Origin: an uncultured Woeseia sp.
Lineage (GTDB): Bacteria; Pseudomonadota; Gammaproteobacteria; Steroidobacterales; UBA11654
Length of the DNA stretch: 64,000 nt
Reading direction: 5' to 3'
NCBI GenBank assembly: GCA_964629335.1
Contig: CAZVRH010000002.1
Location: 6,631 to 70,630, forward strand
Part shown: piece after piece, positions 17,246-27,762 of the stretch
How positions within the stretch are numbered: the first letter of the stretch is position 1
How the letters are laid out: each line of letters opens with the position of its first letter
Program-made: the position numbers and the translations under genes
The notes under the pieces: generated by a model
What the model saw: the letters and a program-made list of their open reading frames with translations, nothing else
Told to the model about the DNA's origin: nothing
Database searches by the model: none

Positions 17246-17706
17246 TAGTTCCTCGTAATATATTTTTTGGCTATTCTTTCTTGATCTCTTTTCCAATCTC
17301 TTTGTTTTATAAGATTTCTTTTGTCTTGTTTCTTTCTTCCTTTAGCTAATCCTAATTTAACCTTAACTTTTCCTTTTTTCCAATAAAGTGAAATAGGGAT
17401 CAATGTGTATCCTTTTTGACTAATGTACCCATTTAGTTTAGAGATTTCTCGTTTATGAAGTAATAATTTTCTGGTTCTAGTCGCTTCTGATTCGTCGGTG
17501 ATATTAGCATTTCGTAGAGGAGAAAAGTGTGCACCGATGAGGAAGACTTCATTATTTTTAAGAATCGCATAACTTTCTTTTATATTTCCTCGGTTATCTC
17601 TAAGACTTTTTACCTCCCATCCTTTTAAGGCAATTCCTGCTTCGATTTGTTCTTCAACATTAAAATCAAATAATGCTTTTTTATTTTTAATAATTGTATT
17701 TGTCAT
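17245..17706 (-). CDS. smpB: SsrA-binding protein
   Basis: KNKKALFDFNVEEQIEAGIALKGWEVKSLR, LLLHKREI and the basic C-terminal tail. 153 aa. Confidence 0.95.
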   Translation of the reverse strand: MTNTIIKNKKALFDFNVEEQIEAGIALKGWEVKSLRDNRGNIKESYAILKNNEVFLIGAHFSPLRNANITDESEATRTRKLLLHKREISKLNGYISQKGYTLIPISLYWKKGKVKVKLGLAKGRKKQDKRNLIKQRDWKRDQERIAKKYITRN

Positions 17707-17759
17707 TGATTTCAGGGTAATTTAGTCCTATCAAGTAACATTATAACGTTTTCGTATAA

Positions 17760-19133
17760 ATGAGTAATATCTCAAATAAAGAAAGACAATCAATCCATGG
17801 TTTATGGTCATCACGGATGACATTCATTCTCGCTGTTACCGGTTCAGCAATTGGTTTGGGTAACATATGGAAATTTCCATATGTGGCTGGAGCCAATGGA
17901 GGAGGGGCATTTGTCTTAGTTTATCTGATATGCATTTTAGTTATTGGTTTTCCGATTATGGTTTCTGAGATTCTATTGGGGAGAAAAGGAAGAAGGAACC
18001 CGATTACATCAATGCAACTACTAGGCATCGAGGAAACTGGAAACAAGCACTGGCAAATTGTGGGCTTTATAGGTTTATTTGCAGGGTTCCTGATTCTTTC
18101 CTATTACAGCGTAATAGCCGGTTGGACGCTTCACTATTTCACACTTTCAATCAGTGGAGCGTTCAATAATCTTCAAACAGAAGAAGTGAATCTAATTTTT
18201 TCTGATTTGACTGGTTCAATAATGACTCAGTCAATCTTCCATACACTGTTTATGCTAATAACTGTGATGATAATAGCCAAAGGCATAAAGAATGGTTTGG
18301 AGAAAGCTGTAAAGTTTATGATGCCTGCTTTGCTGTTTATCATGTTAATGCTCTTAATCTACTCAATTACACAAGGCGATTTCTCTAGAGGTGTTGAATT
18401 TCTATTAAAACCGGACTTTTCAAAAATCAATTCTGAAAGCATTTTGGCCGCAATGGGTCAGGCTTTTTTTACTCTTAGTCTGGGCATGGGCTGTATTGTT
18501 ATGTATGGTGCCTATTTACCGAAAAATGAATCAATTGTTAAAACATCATTAACTATCATATTTTGTGACACCTTAATTGCCTTATTAGCAGGGTTAGTAA
18601 TTTTTCCAATTGTTTTTGATAATAATCTTGCACCGACGGATGGCCCAGGATTAATATTTTTAACACTACCCTTGGCGTTTTCAGACATTAACGGTGGTTT
18701 ATTGTTTGGGTCATTATTTTTTATTCTCCTTGGTTTTGCCGCTATTACCTCTGCTATAAGTTTACTAGAACCTTCCGTTGCTTGGATGATTGAAACTAGG
18801 CACATCAATAGAGGCACATCTGCTTTAATAATAGGATCAGTGATTTGGTTACTAGGCTTCTTAACGATCTTATCATTTAATGAATTATCAGACTTTATTG
18901 TCTGGAAAGGCACGCTATTCGATAATATTGACTATCTCACCAGTAATATTTTATTGCCGATTAGTGGACTATTATTTACCGTATTTGCAAGTTGGTTTAT
19001 GAGTAAGTCATCATCTCGTTCTGAATTATCTGATATTCCGCTAACTTCGTACAAAGTATGGCAATTTCTTGCAAAAGTTGTTGCCCCTATAGGCGTGTTA
19101 ATTATTTTTCTTAACGCTATTAATATTTTTTGA
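17760..19133 (+). CDS. Sodium-dependent neurotransmitter:sodium symporter (NSS/SNF) family transporter
   Basis: WSSRMTFILAVTGSAIGLGNIWKFPYVAGANGGGAFVLVYL is the NSS signature. About 11-12 TM helices. Confidence 0.9.
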   Translation: MSNISNKERQSIHGLWSSRMTFILAVTGSAIGLGNIWKFPYVAGANGGGAFVLVYLICILVIGFPIMVSEILLGRKGRRNPITSMQLLGIEETGNKHWQIVGFIGLFAGFLILSYYSVIAGWTLHYFTLSISGAFNNLQTEEVNLIFSDLTGSIMTQSIFHTLFMLITVMIIAKGIKNGLEKAVKFMMPALLFIMLMLLIYSITQGDFSRGVEFLLKPDFSKINSESILAAMGQAFFTLSLGMGCIVMYGAYLPKNESIVKTSLTIIFCDTLIALLAGLVIFPIVFDNNLAPTDGPGLIFLTLPLAFSDINGGLLFGSLFFILLGFAAITSAISLLEPSVAWMIETRHINRGTSALIIGSVIWLLGFLTILSFNELSDFIVWKGTLFDNIDYLTSNILLPISGLLFTVFASWFMSKSSSRSELSDIPLTSYKVWQFLAKVVAPIGVLIIFLNAINIF

Positions 19134-19558
19134 TTTTGAATCAGTTCAAACGATCATTTGTGATTCAGAAGCCTCTTGATAGTGTGTTTGATCTTTTCTC
19201 CGATGTCCGGCAGTATCATACTTTCATTCCGTATTGTGTAGATTCAGAAATTATAGAAAATAATGATGAATACACCTTAGCTTGTTTAACCCTAGATTTT
19301 TTTGGAAAGAGAACATCTCTTACTACGAAAAATGAAATTGAAACAAATACATCGATTAAAATGAATTTAATTGATGGCCCATTTCAACACTTTAAAGCCC
19401 AGTGGACCTTTGATGCTATTGACGATAAAACTACTGATCTTAATTTTGAAATGGAATATAAAATAAGTAATAAGTTACTAGAATTTGTATTTAATAAAAA
19501 TCTGAACGTTGTTAGTGACTCAATCATAAGAGCCTTTCAGGTAAAACTAGTAAACTAA
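19130..19558 (+). CDS. ratA: SRPBCC/START-fold protein, RatA (YfjG)/COQ10-like
   Basis: 142 aa. VFDLFSDVRQYHTFIPYC ... FEMEYKISNKLLE matches the polyketide_cyc2 pattern. It has the conserved neighbourhood with bamE and smpB. TTG start overlapping the upstream stop. Confidence 0.65.
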   Translation: MILNQFKRSFVIQKPLDSVFDLFSDVRQYHTFIPYCVDSEIIENNDEYTLACLTLDFFGKRTSLTTKNEIETNTSIKMNLIDGPFQHFKAQWTFDAIDDKTTDLNFEMEYKISNKLLEFVFNKNLNVVSDSIIRAFQVKLVN

Positions 19559-19893
19559 TTAGCTGGTCTCGAAACTACGTCTTTCTCTATTCTGACTACC
19601 CTGTCATTTTCAAAATAAACAACCAGCCAATACTTTTGGGTATCTCCGTTTGATTCTGGACCCATTCTGGGTTGATATAAATAAATATAGTCCCATCGGT
19701 TTTGCTCGTAAGGAGTGCCTATCACAGGACCACCCAATAAATATTTTATCTGGCTTTTTGTCATGTTAATTTCAACACGGTCAATGTTTTCAATATTAAG
19801 AAGGTTGCCTTGCTGAAGATCTGGACGGTAAACACAAGCTTCGATAATAATTACAATCGCAACAACAATAATGAGTTTACAAATTTTAGTCAT
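19555..19893 (-). CDS. bamE: Outer membrane protein assembly factor BamE (SmpA/OmlA)
   Basis: From the internal Met: MTKICKLIIVVAIVIIIEAC (lipobox), then LQQGNLLNIENIDRVEINMTKSQIKYLLGGP ... RWDYIY. Confidence 0.8.
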   Translation of the reverse strand: MTKICKLIIVVAIVIIIEACVYRPDLQQGNLLNIENIDRVEINMTKSQIKYLLGGPVIGTPYEQNRWDYIYLYQPRMGPESNGDTQKYWLVVYFENDRVVRIEKDVVSRPAN

Positions 19894-20776
19894 TTCTTCT
19901 ATCTTTACCCCAAAAAAGTTTAGATTTAAGAGTATCAAAATAATCATAATTTTCTGGATGCAATAAGGACACTGCTTTTTTTGCTTTCTTTACCAGTAAT
20001 TCATGGCCCGGTTTAAGTTCTAAGATGGTGTCTCCATCAAGAACTATACTCGCTGTATCGTTTTGATGCTCGTTTAAACGTAGCATAATCTCTGATGAAG
20101 AAGGAACCACCATAGGTCTGTCATTAAGTGTGTGTGGACATATAGGAACTAATACAAAGGCTTCAACATCAGGTTTCAAAATAGGGCCACCGCAGCTTAA
20201 AGAGTAAGCTGTGGAACCGGTAGGAGTGGAGATAATAAAACCATCTCCCTCGTGTGTATTAATAAATCTGGTGTCAATAAAGGTTTCAATATTGATCATT
20301 CGTCCAGTTTCTCTTCTGCTGATGACAATATCATTAAAGGCGTAACCAATACTTTTTAAGTTGTTTTTCTCTCTGATAAATACCTCAATGAGCATTCTTT
20401 CTTCAATTTTAGATTTGCCTGAGACGATGTCCTCAATTACAACAATGGCATTTTGAGGGTTAATATCAGTTAAAAAGCCTAACCTTCCTCGATTAATTCC
20501 GGTAATAGGTATCTCATGATCATAAGCGAGTTTAGTTGATTTAAGCATGGTTCCGTCGCCACCAACTGAAATGATGAGATCAACATCAACCATCTCTTTG
20601 CTGGAGATTAGGTTGTATCCTTTCTCTATTGTTTTCAAGGTATTGGGAAAGTTAGGATCAATTAAGTAGAAATCAAGTTTTTTGTTTTCAAAATTCTTAA
20701 TAATTTCTTGAATAACAGAAAACGATCTTTCGTTACTAAAATTACTCGAGAAACCTATTTTTTTATATTCTTTCAT
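19886..20776 (-). CDS. nadK: NAD kinase
   Basis: GGDGTML, GINRGRLGFLTD, and STPTGSTAYSLSCGGPI. Confidence 0.9.
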   Translation of the reverse strand: MKEYKKIGFSSNFSNERSFSVIQEIIKNFENKKLDFYLIDPNFPNTLKTIEKGYNLISSKEMVDVDLIISVGGDGTMLKSTKLAYDHEIPITGINRGRLGFLTDINPQNAIVVIEDIVSGKSKIEERMLIEVFIREKNNLKSIGYAFNDIVISRRETGRMINIETFIDTRFINTHEGDGFIISTPTGSTAYSLSCGGPILKPDVEAFVLVPICPHTLNDRPMVVPSSSEIMLRLNEHQNDTASIVLDGDTILELKPGHELLVKKAKKAVSLLHPENYDYFDTLKSKLFWGKDRRND

Positions 20777-20787
20777 TAACTAAACCC

Positions 20788-20816
20788 TTGACTGTTAAGA
20801 AATATTTGCAAATGAT
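20788..20816 (+). promoter_or_regulatory. Candidate promoter upstream of hrcA
   Basis: TTGACT, a 17-nt spacer, then AATGAT. The -35 is embedded in CCCTTGAC, which also resembles a sigma32 -35 (CCCTTGAA). Confidence 0.3.
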
Positions 20817-20860
20817 AACAGATTAATTAAATATTAGCTTAATCGATCATTTCAATTAAC

Positions 20861-21904
20861 ATGACGGAAAAAACTAAAATTAATTTACCCTCTGATAGAG
20901 CCAAAAAAATACTCTCTGCAATAATAGATAATTACATAGAAGAAGGCATACCTGTTGGGTCCAAGAAAATTGCGACATACGATCGCTTTAATTTAAGTCC
21001 TGCAACCATTAGAAATGTGATGTCTGATCTTGAGAATTTAGGTTTTCTGTCTTCTCCGCACACTTCTTCAGGACGGATACCAACCCCGAAAGGATATCGT
21101 TTCTTTATAGATCGATTGCTCCAACTTCAGCCGGTTGCTAATGACCAATTTACATCTATCCAAGAAACCGTTTCTCAAACAAAATCTAACAGTAAAGACT
21201 TAGCCACAAATGTCTCATCAACACTGTCAGCCATTACACAATTAGCTGGCATCGTAACAGTTCCTAAAAAACAAGAGAGCATCTTAAAAGAAATAGATTT
21301 TATTCCACTATCGGAAAAACGAATTTTGGCAATTGTCGTCATTAATGACGCTGAAGTTGAGAATAAAATCCTACAAATGAAAAGAAGTTATACCCGAGAG
21401 GAGTTACAGATATCATCAAATTATTTAAATCAAAATTATGTTGGTAAATCATTTGAATATATTAAAGATGATTTAGTTAAACAAATTGAAGAAACCTCAG
21501 AATTAGCTCAATCCTTAATGAATAACATAGTTAACATTGCCGATGAAGTTCTCAAAACTCAAAAAACAGAAGAATACGTCGTCAGTGGTGAAAATAGGTT
21601 AATGGATTTTGATGAGTTATCAGATATAAAGAAATTAAAAGAACTCTTTCAAGTTTTCAATGAAAAACAGCTGCTTCTTCAATTATTAGACAAGAGTATT
21701 TCAACCAGTAATATTCAAATATTTATTGGTGAAGAATCTGGCTATAAATTACTTGATAATTGCAGTCTAATTACAGCCCCTTATACCAATGAAGAAGGCT
21801 CCATTGGTGTCTTGGGAGTTATTGGACCTACACGAATCGCCTATCAAAAAGTTATTCCAATAGTAGATATAACAGCCAAATTGCTCAGTCAATCATTGAA
21901 ATAA
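20861..21904 (+). CDS. hrcA: Heat-inducible transcription repressor HrcA
   Basis: RAKKILSAIIDNYIEEGIPVGSKKIA winged-helix N-terminus, LENLGFLSSPHTSSGRIPT, and C-terminal GSIGVLGVIGPTRIAY. Confidence 0.9.
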   Translation: MTEKTKINLPSDRAKKILSAIIDNYIEEGIPVGSKKIATYDRFNLSPATIRNVMSDLENLGFLSSPHTSSGRIPTPKGYRFFIDRLLQLQPVANDQFTSIQETVSQTKSNSKDLATNVSSTLSAITQLAGIVTVPKKQESILKEIDFIPLSEKRILAIVVINDAEVENKILQMKRSYTREELQISSNYLNQNYVGKSFEYIKDDLVKQIEETSELAQSLMNNIVNIADEVLKTQKTEEYVVSGENRLMDFDELSDIKKLKELFQVFNEKQLLLQLLDKSISTSNIQIFIGEESGYKLLDNCSLITAPYTNEEGSIGVLGVIGPTRIAYQKVIPIVDITAKLLSQSLK

Positions 21905-21940
21905 AAAAAATTGACCATAGATTATGGTGAAGGAATTGAT

Positions 21941-22522
21941 ATGAATGACAAAACAAATAATCTTGATGACCCAAGCCATGAGTTAACTGAAGATGAATCA
22001 TTATCTTCTAGTGAAGAATCTTTGTCTGAAAATAATGAAAAAGATCTTCTCTCTAAGGACAATGAACTTCTCCAACTCAAACAACAAGCAGACGATCATT
22101 GGGATAAAGTCTTAAGACTTCAAGCAGAACTTGAGAACCTAAGAAAAAGAACATTAAAGGATATAGAAAGTGCAAGCAGAGGTTCTATAGAGAGAGTTTT
22201 TCAAGAAATACTTCCAATTATGGACAGCTTTGAGTTAGGGATGAAAGTTGACACATCCAATAAAGAAGGAATTGAGACCTTTATAGAAGGACAAACAGCT
22301 ACCTATAAGCAGTTCCAATCTGTATTAGATAAATTTCTCATTGAAACAATTAATCCAGAAAATATGAAATTCGATGCTGAACTACATGAAGTTATGACCA
22401 TGCAGGAAAGCGATGAAGTTGACAGCGGATATATCATAGAGGTCATACAAAAGGGATATCGTTTAAAAAATAGATTACTCAGACCTGCCAGGGTAATAGT
22501 CAGTTCCGACGAAAAAAAGTAA
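21941..22522 (+). CDS. grpE: Nucleotide exchange factor GrpE
   Basis: RLQAELENLRKR coiled coil and C-terminal GYRLKNRLLRPARV. I prefer the ATG at 21941, which has GAAGGA upstream, over the TTG at 21911. Confidence 0.9.
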   Translation: MNDKTNNLDDPSHELTEDESLSSSEESLSENNEKDLLSKDNELLQLKQQADDHWDKVLRLQAELENLRKRTLKDIESASRGSIERVFQEILPIMDSFELGMKVDTSNKEGIETFIEGQTATYKQFQSVLDKFLIETINPENMKFDAELHEVMTMQESDEVDSGYIIEVIQKGYRLKNRLLRPARVIVSSDEKK

Positions 22523-22529
22523 CTCATTA

Positions 22530-22556
22530 CTTGAATTTTAAAAAACCGTTCATATA
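22530..22556 (+). promoter_or_regulatory. Candidate sigma32-type heat-shock promoter for dnaK
   Basis: CTTGAA (22530-35), then about 15 nt to CATAT within CCGTTCATAT. Compare the consensus CTTGAA-N13-15-CCCCATNT. Confidence 0.35.
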
Positions 22557-22586
22557 ACTAGCAAAACAATGCTACTGGAGTAAATC

Positions 22587-24524
22587 ATGGCGAGAGTAAT
22601 TGGAATCGATTTAGGAACAACAAATTCTTGTGTGGCTATCATGGATGGTGACCAAGCAAAGGTTATTGAAAATTCAGAAGGAGATAGAACAACTCCATCA
22701 ATAGTTGCTTACACAAAAGACGAAGAAAGAAGTATGGTAGGCCAGTCTGCTAAAAGACAGGCTGTGAGCAACCCTGAGAACACCTTGTATGCAATTAAAA
22801 GACTTATAGGTCGAAAATTTGACGATTCTGTGGTCAAAAAAGATATTGATAAAGTTCCTTTTGAGATTAAAAAAGCAAAAAACGGCGATGCGTGGGTAGT
22901 AGCTAACGGAAAAGAAACAGCGCCACCAGCTATCTCTGCAGAAGTTCTTAGAAAAATGAAAGAAACAGCTGAGTCCTATTTGGGTGAACAAGTAACCGAA
23001 GCAGTAATCACAGTACCTGCTTATTTTAATGACTCACAAAGACAGGCAACTAAAGACGCAGGAAAAATAGCCGGATTAGAAGTTAAACGAATAATCAACG
23101 AACCTACTGCCGCAGCTCTTGCATACGGCTTAGATAAAAAAAGAGGCGATAGAAAGATTGCTGTCTATGACTTAGGTGGCGGGACATTTGACGTTTCGAT
23201 TATTGAAATTGCGGACGTTGAAGGTGAAAATCAATTTGAAGTTTTAGCTACAAATGGCGACACCTTTCTCGGAGGTGAGGATTTTGATCTTAGAGTTATG
23301 GATCATCTTTTAGATGAATTTAAAAAACAAACAGGCATGGATGTAGAAAACGATACCCAAGCACTACAAAGACTTAAAGAAGCAGCTGAAAAAGCTAAAA
23401 TAGAACTATCAAATCAAGCACAAACAGATATAAATCTACCTTACTTAACTGCAGATTCTTCAGGACCTAAGCATCTTAATTTAACTTTAACCAGAGCCAA
23501 ATTAGAATCACTGGTTGAAGATTTAATTGTTCAAACCATAGAACCATGTAAAACAGCTCTTAAAGATGCTGGGTTAGCAGTTGGAGACGTTAAAGATGTA
23601 ATTCTAGTTGGCGGCCAGACGAGAATGCCGAAAGTACAAGATGAGGTTAAATCGTTTTTTGGTGTCGAAGCTAGAAAAGATGTGAACCCCGATGAAGCGG
23701 TTGCTATAGGTGCAGCAATACAGGGGGGCGTTTTGTCCGGAGATGTAAAAGACGTCTTGTTACTTGATGTCACTCCACTTTCACTTGGTATAGAAACCCT
23801 AGGTGCTGTAACCACAAAACTGATTGAGAAGAATACAACGATCCCAACCAAAGCTGAACAAATATTCTCCACTGCAGAAGATAATCAAACCGCTGTAACG
23901 ATCCACGTATTGCAAGGCGAAAGAGAACGAGCTCAAGATAATAAATCACTCGGTAGGTTTGACTTAACAGACATCCCTGCAAAGCCCAGAGGGTTACCTC
24001 AAATTGAAGTTGCTTTTGATATTGATGCAAACGGTATTATTAATGTTTCAGCAAAAGATAAAGAAACAGGTAAAGAGCAGAAAATCGTAATTCAAGCTTC
24101 AAGCGGTTTATCTGATGAAGAGATTGATCAAATGATTTCTGATGCTGAATCAAATGCTGAAGAAGACAAGAAATTCAGAGAATTGGTCGATATTAAGAAT
24201 CAAGGAGATCAATTGGTGCATGCGACAGAAAAATCACTTGAAGAATTGGGTGAAAAAGTTACTCCTGAAGAACGAAGCAATGTTGAAGGGAGTATCGGGG
24301 AACTTAAAGAAGCACTGAAAGGTGACGATAGAGACACCATTGAAACAAAGCTCAAAACTTTATCAGAAGCTTCAGTTGGAATTGCTCAAAAAGCATTCGA
24401 GGAAGCCCAAGCAAATGCTAGCGCTGAATCAAATGACAATGATGATCAACAAACTGAAGAAAAAGTTGTTGACGCAGAATATGAAGAAGTAGTCGACAAC
24501 GATAAAGATAAAGATAAAAACTAA
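22587..24524 (+). CDS. dnaK: Chaperone DnaK (Hsp70)
   Basis: [22 protein letters not shown] and [11 protein letters not shown]. 645 aa. Confidence 0.98.
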   Translation: MARVIGIDLGTTNSCVAIMDGDQAKVIENSEGDRTTPSIVAYTKDEERSMVGQSAKRQAVSNPENTLYAIKRLIGRKFDDSVVKKDIDKVPFEIKKAKNGDAWVVANGKETAPPAISAEVLRKMKETAESYLGEQVTEAVITVPAYFNDSQRQATKDAGKIAGLEVKRIINEPTAAALAYGLDKKRGDRKIAVYDLGGGTFDVSIIEIADVEGENQFEVLATNGDTFLGGEDFDLRVMDHLLDEFKKQTGMDVENDTQALQRLKEAAEKAKIELSNQAQTDINLPYLTADSSGPKHLNLTLTRAKLESLVEDLIVQTIEPCKTALKDAGLAVGDVKDVILVGGQTRMPKVQDEVKSFFGVEARKDVNPDEAVAIGAAIQGGVLSGDVKDVLLLDVTPLSLGIETLGAVTTKLIEKNTTIPTKAEQIFSTAEDNQTAVTIHVLQGERERAQDNKSLGRFDLTDIPAKPRGLPQIEVAFDIDANGIINVSAKDKETGKEQKIVIQASSGLSDEEIDQMISDAESNAEEDKKFRELVDIKNQGDQLVHATEKSLEELGEKVTPEERSNVEGSIGELKEALKGDDRDTIETKLKTLSEASVGIAQKAFEEAQANASAESNDNDDQQTEEKVVDAEYEEVVDNDKDKDKN

Positions 24525-24546
24525 ACGATAGTTTAGTATTTAAAAA

Positions 24547-24575
24547 TACAGGATAGGCAGTTTGTCTATCCTGTA
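24547..24575 (+). promoter_or_regulatory. Intercistronic stem-loop between dnaK and dnaJ
   Basis: Perfect 10-bp inverted repeat TACAGGATAG / CTATCCTGTA with a 9-nt loop. No U-tract follows, so this is more likely an attenuator or stabiliser than a full terminator. Confidence 0.5.
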
Positions 24576-24594
24576 TTGATAAAAAAGGGGAGTT

Positions 24595-25731
24595 ATGAGT
24601 AAACAAGATTACTATCAAACACTTGGTTTGCAGAAAAACTCTTCCGATGCAGAAATCAAAAAAGCTTATCGTAAGTTAGCTATGAAATATCATCCAGACC
24701 GAAATCCAGATGATGAAAATGCTGAAAATAAATTTAAAGAAGCTAAAGAAGCCTATGAAGTTTTATCTGATAATCAAAAAAGAGCTGCTTATGATCAATT
24801 CGGACATGCCGGTGTAAACAATCAGGCCGGTATGGGAGGAGGTTTTAATCCCGGAGATGCGTTTAATGACATTTTCGGTGATATGTTTGGAGATATCTTT
24901 GGTAACAATCGAGGACAACGCCGACAAAGCACTGCACAACGAGGTGCCGATCTTAGATATGAATTAGATCTTGATCTCGAACAAGCGGTATTTGGAGAAT
25001 CAATTAAAATCAATATTCCTTCGCTGATCGGTTGCAAAGCATGTTCAGGTTCTGGTGCAAAAAAAGGAACCCACGCAACAACCTGTCTTAGATGCGAAGG
25101 GAGAGGTTCAGTAAGAGTTCAACAAGGTTTTTTTACATTACAGCAAACGTGTCCTGATTGTAGGGGTGCCGGGCAAACAATAAAAAATCCTTGCCTTGAT
25201 TGTTCAGGATCTGGAAGAGTAAAAAAAGACAGAACAATATCAATTAAAATTCCTCCAGGTGTAGATCAAGACGACAGAATAAGACTCTCCAACGAAGGTG
25301 AAGCTGGAATGAAAGGTGGTCCATCAGGTGACTTATATGTTGATATAAATATAAGGCGACATCCCATTTTTAAACGAGAAGGAAGTAATCTATTTTGTGA
25401 AGTGCCTATTAGCTTTACTAAAGCTGCTCTAGGCGGAACGGTACAAGTTCCAACCATCGACGGAGCTGTTAATCTAACAATACCCTCAGAAACACAATCG
25501 GGAGAGGTCTTTAGACTCAGAGGTAAAGGCGTAAAATCCTATCGCGATAGAGTTTTGGGTGATTTATTTTGTGATATTCAAATAGAAACACCTATTAATT
25601 TAAGCACTGATCAGAAAAATATTCTAAAATCATTCGAAGATTCAATTAATAAAAGCAAAAAAGAACATCGTCCAAATAAAAACAAATGGACAGAAAGTGT
25701 GAAAAACTTCTTCAATCGCTTAGGAATTTAG
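24595..25731 (+). CDS. dnaJ: Co-chaperone DnaJ
   Basis: J domain with YHPDRNP, a G/F-rich linker, and four CxxCxGxG zinc motifs ([32 protein letters not shown]). Confidence 0.97.
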   Translation: MSKQDYYQTLGLQKNSSDAEIKKAYRKLAMKYHPDRNPDDENAENKFKEAKEAYEVLSDNQKRAAYDQFGHAGVNNQAGMGGGFNPGDAFNDIFGDMFGDIFGNNRGQRRQSTAQRGADLRYELDLDLEQAVFGESIKINIPSLIGCKACSGSGAKKGTHATTCLRCEGRGSVRVQQGFFTLQQTCPDCRGAGQTIKNPCLDCSGSGRVKKDRTISIKIPPGVDQDDRIRLSNEGEAGMKGGPSGDLYVDINIRRHPIFKREGSNLFCEVPISFTKAALGGTVQVPTIDGAVNLTIPSETQSGEVFRLRGKGVKSYRDRVLGDLFCDIQIETPINLSTDQKNILKSFEDSINKSKKEHRPNKNKWTESVKNFFNRLGI

Positions 25732-25818
25732 AAATAGAGTCCGATTTCTTTCTTTGGTCTGTAGAGTTAATCTATAATCTAGACGATAAACATAACCATC
25801 TATTAAGAGCAAATTACC

Positions 25819-26520
25819 ATGCATGTTGAACCATTCGATTTATTTGGTCTACAGCATTTACTCACATTGTCGATTGCAACAGTGCTTATTTTTACAATCT
25901 GTTTCTACTTCCAAAATAAAAATAATGGTACAAAATATTCTGCAGGAATTGCTATAGCAGCACTACTTGTTGTTCATCAAATTAACGGAATCTTAAATAC
26001 CTTTACATTTAATCACGCATGGCAGGAAGCATTTCCCCTTCATATGTGTGATCTTTCAGCTTTTGCTATTGCATATTATCTTTGGAAAAGAGAAAAGATT
26101 TTCTTCAATTGTGCTTTTTTCTGGGGCATTGGTGGAGCCACAATGGCATTATTGACTCCTGATGTAGACTTTGCTTTTCCAAACGCAGTTTTTGTCCCAT
26201 TCTTTTATGCACACTCATTAATATTACTTGGTGTTTTCTTTTCAGTTATTGCACTAAAACAAAGACCTTATTTAAATGATGTTCATAAAGTTATAGGTAT
26301 TAGTCTGGTCTTAATGATTTTTATTTATCTAGCTAATTTTGTTTTAGGTGATGGCGCAAACTTCTGGTACTTAAATGCTAAACCAGACAATGCTACCATC
26401 ATGAACCTGTTCCCTGATCCTCCATACCATATTTTAGTCACTATCCCAGTTGCTATAGCGCTGTTTTATATTATCTATCTGCCTCTTTGGATTAAAGATT
26501 TAATCACTAAAAATGACTAA
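25819..26520 (+). CDS. Integral membrane protein, YwaF/TIGR02206-like
   Basis: 233 aa with about 7 TM helices. FPLHMCDLSAF resembles the conserved (L)PLH(L/M)C motif of that family. Assignment is from memory. Confidence 0.45.
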   Translation: MHVEPFDLFGLQHLLTLSIATVLIFTICFYFQNKNNGTKYSAGIAIAALLVVHQINGILNTFTFNHAWQEAFPLHMCDLSAFAIAYYLWKREKIFFNCAFFWGIGGATMALLTPDVDFAFPNAVFVPFFYAHSLILLGVFFSVIALKQRPYLNDVHKVIGISLVLMIFIYLANFVLGDGANFWYLNAKPDNATIMNLFPDPPYHILVTIPVAIALFYIIYLPLWIKDLITKND

Positions 26521-26597
26521 ATATAAAAAAAAGATAATTAATACGTGACATAAGAAATAATTGAACCTAATATGTTTTGGGTTCCAAACAATTTTTC

Positions 26598-26628
26598 AGG
26601 AAGGACCTTGTAGGTACCTTCCTTTTTT
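26598..26628 (+). terminator. Rho-independent terminator
   Basis: AGGAAGG-ACC ttgta GGT-(A)-CCTTCCT stem (7 bp, one bulge, then 3 bp) followed by TTTTTT. Confidence 0.65.
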
Positions 26629-26655
26629 ATAAAAAAACACAACTAGGAATAGAAA

Positions 26656-27762
26656 TTGACTGAAGCGGTTCTCACATTAGAAGACGGGACAATATTTAAA
26701 GGTAAATCAATTGGTATAAAAGGTTCTTCTATTGGCGAAGTAGTGTTTAATACCTCGATGACAGGTTATCAAGAGATTCTTACCGATCCTTCATATTATC
26801 AACAAATAGTCACACTAACATACCCTCATATTGGCAATACTGGCACCAATAAAGAGGATTTTGAGAGCACCCAAGCATTTGCATCAGGCCTTATCATAAG
26901 AGAACAATCCCTGATATCGAGTAGCTGGAGAAATGAGACTAATTTAGAAGATTTCTTACGACAACAAAGCATAGTGGCTATATCTGGAATTGATACGAGA
27001 AGGCTAACCAATCATATTCGAAAGAATGGCTCCATGAGTGGGTGTATCAGTTCAGATAACCAGACAATTGAAGAGTGCGTCAAATTAGCAAAATCTTTTC
27101 CTGGTCTCGCAGGCATGGATTTAGCAAAAGAAATCACCACCGATGCTGTTTACAAGTTCCAACCCGAAAATATTTCTAACGGTCAGAATATCTATAAAGT
27201 GATAGCTATTGATTTTGGAATTAAAACAAATATCCTAAATTTACTCTATCAATCAGGATGCGATGTAACTGTCGTTCCTGGAAACACTCCTTTTACTGAT
27301 ATCAAAGAAATGCAACCAGATGGTATTTTTTTATCTAATGGCCCAGGTGATCCAGAACCATGTGAATACGCAATAGCAACCATAAGAGAATTCCTTGAAA
27401 TTAAAATACCCATGTTTGGCATCTGCTTAGGTCATCAGCTTCTTGCTATAGCGAGTGGTGGAAAAACTAAAAAAATGAAGTTTGGTCATCACGGTGCTAA
27501 TCATCCTGTGCAAGATTTAAAAACTGGTGAAGTTTTTATTACCAGTCAGAATCATGGTTTCACAGTAGATGAATCATTTTTACCAGAGAATGTTTCTGTA
27601 ACTCATAGGTCATTATTCGATCAAACAATTCAAGGGATTGAAATACCTGATTCCAATGCCTATAGCTTTCAAGGTCATCCAGAAGCATCTCCAGGACCTC
27701 ATGATATCAACACCTTATTTGATAAATTTATACATCTTATGTCACATGCCAAAAAGAACTGA
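26656..27762 (+). CDS. carA: Carbamoyl-phosphate synthase small (glutaminase) subunit
   Basis: [24 protein letters not shown], the amidotransferase nucleophile context [10 protein letters not shown], and a later HGANHPV segment. TTG start with AGGA upstream. Confidence 0.95.
   Translation: MTEAVLTLEDGTIFKGKSIGIKGSSIGEVVFNTSMTGYQEILTDPSYYQQIVTLTYPHIGNTGTNKEDFESTQAFASGLIIREQSLISSSWRNETNLEDFLRQQSIVAISGIDTRRLTNHIRKNGSMSGCISSDNQTIEECVKLAKSFPGLAGMDLAKEITTDAVYKFQPENISNGQNIYKVIAIDFGIKTNILNLLYQSGCDVTVVPGNTPFTDIKEMQPDGIFLSNGPGDPEPCEYAIATIREFLEIKIPMFGICLGHQLLAIASGGKTKKMKFGHHGANHPVQDLKTGEVFITSQNHGFTVDESFLPENVSVTHRSLFDQTIQGIEIPDSNAYSFQGHPEASPGPHDINTLFDKFIHLMSHAKKN

Noticed and set aside
20777-20860. CIRCE operator upstream of hrcA
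   Set aside because: Only a TTAGC fragment is present (attagcttaatcg), with no matching GAGTGCTAA arm.
26555-26597. ARG-box or pyrimidine attenuator upstream of carA (imperfect palindrome TTGAACC...GGTTCCAA)
   Set aside because: It is a poor match to the ARG-box consensus TNTGAATWWWWATTCANW. The stem is interrupted and only 3-4 bp long on each side of a bulge.
27638-27745. Longer N-terminal extensions offered by the ORF track: carB from 27638, orn from 5322, aguB to 14806, bamE to 19947, nuoA/B/C/I upstream starts, the MFS from 6870, and the 16214 ORF to 17296
   Set aside because: In each case an internal Met aligns with the conserved family N-terminus or a signal peptide, has a better RBS or stop-start coupling, and removes an implausible overlap with the neighbouring gene.
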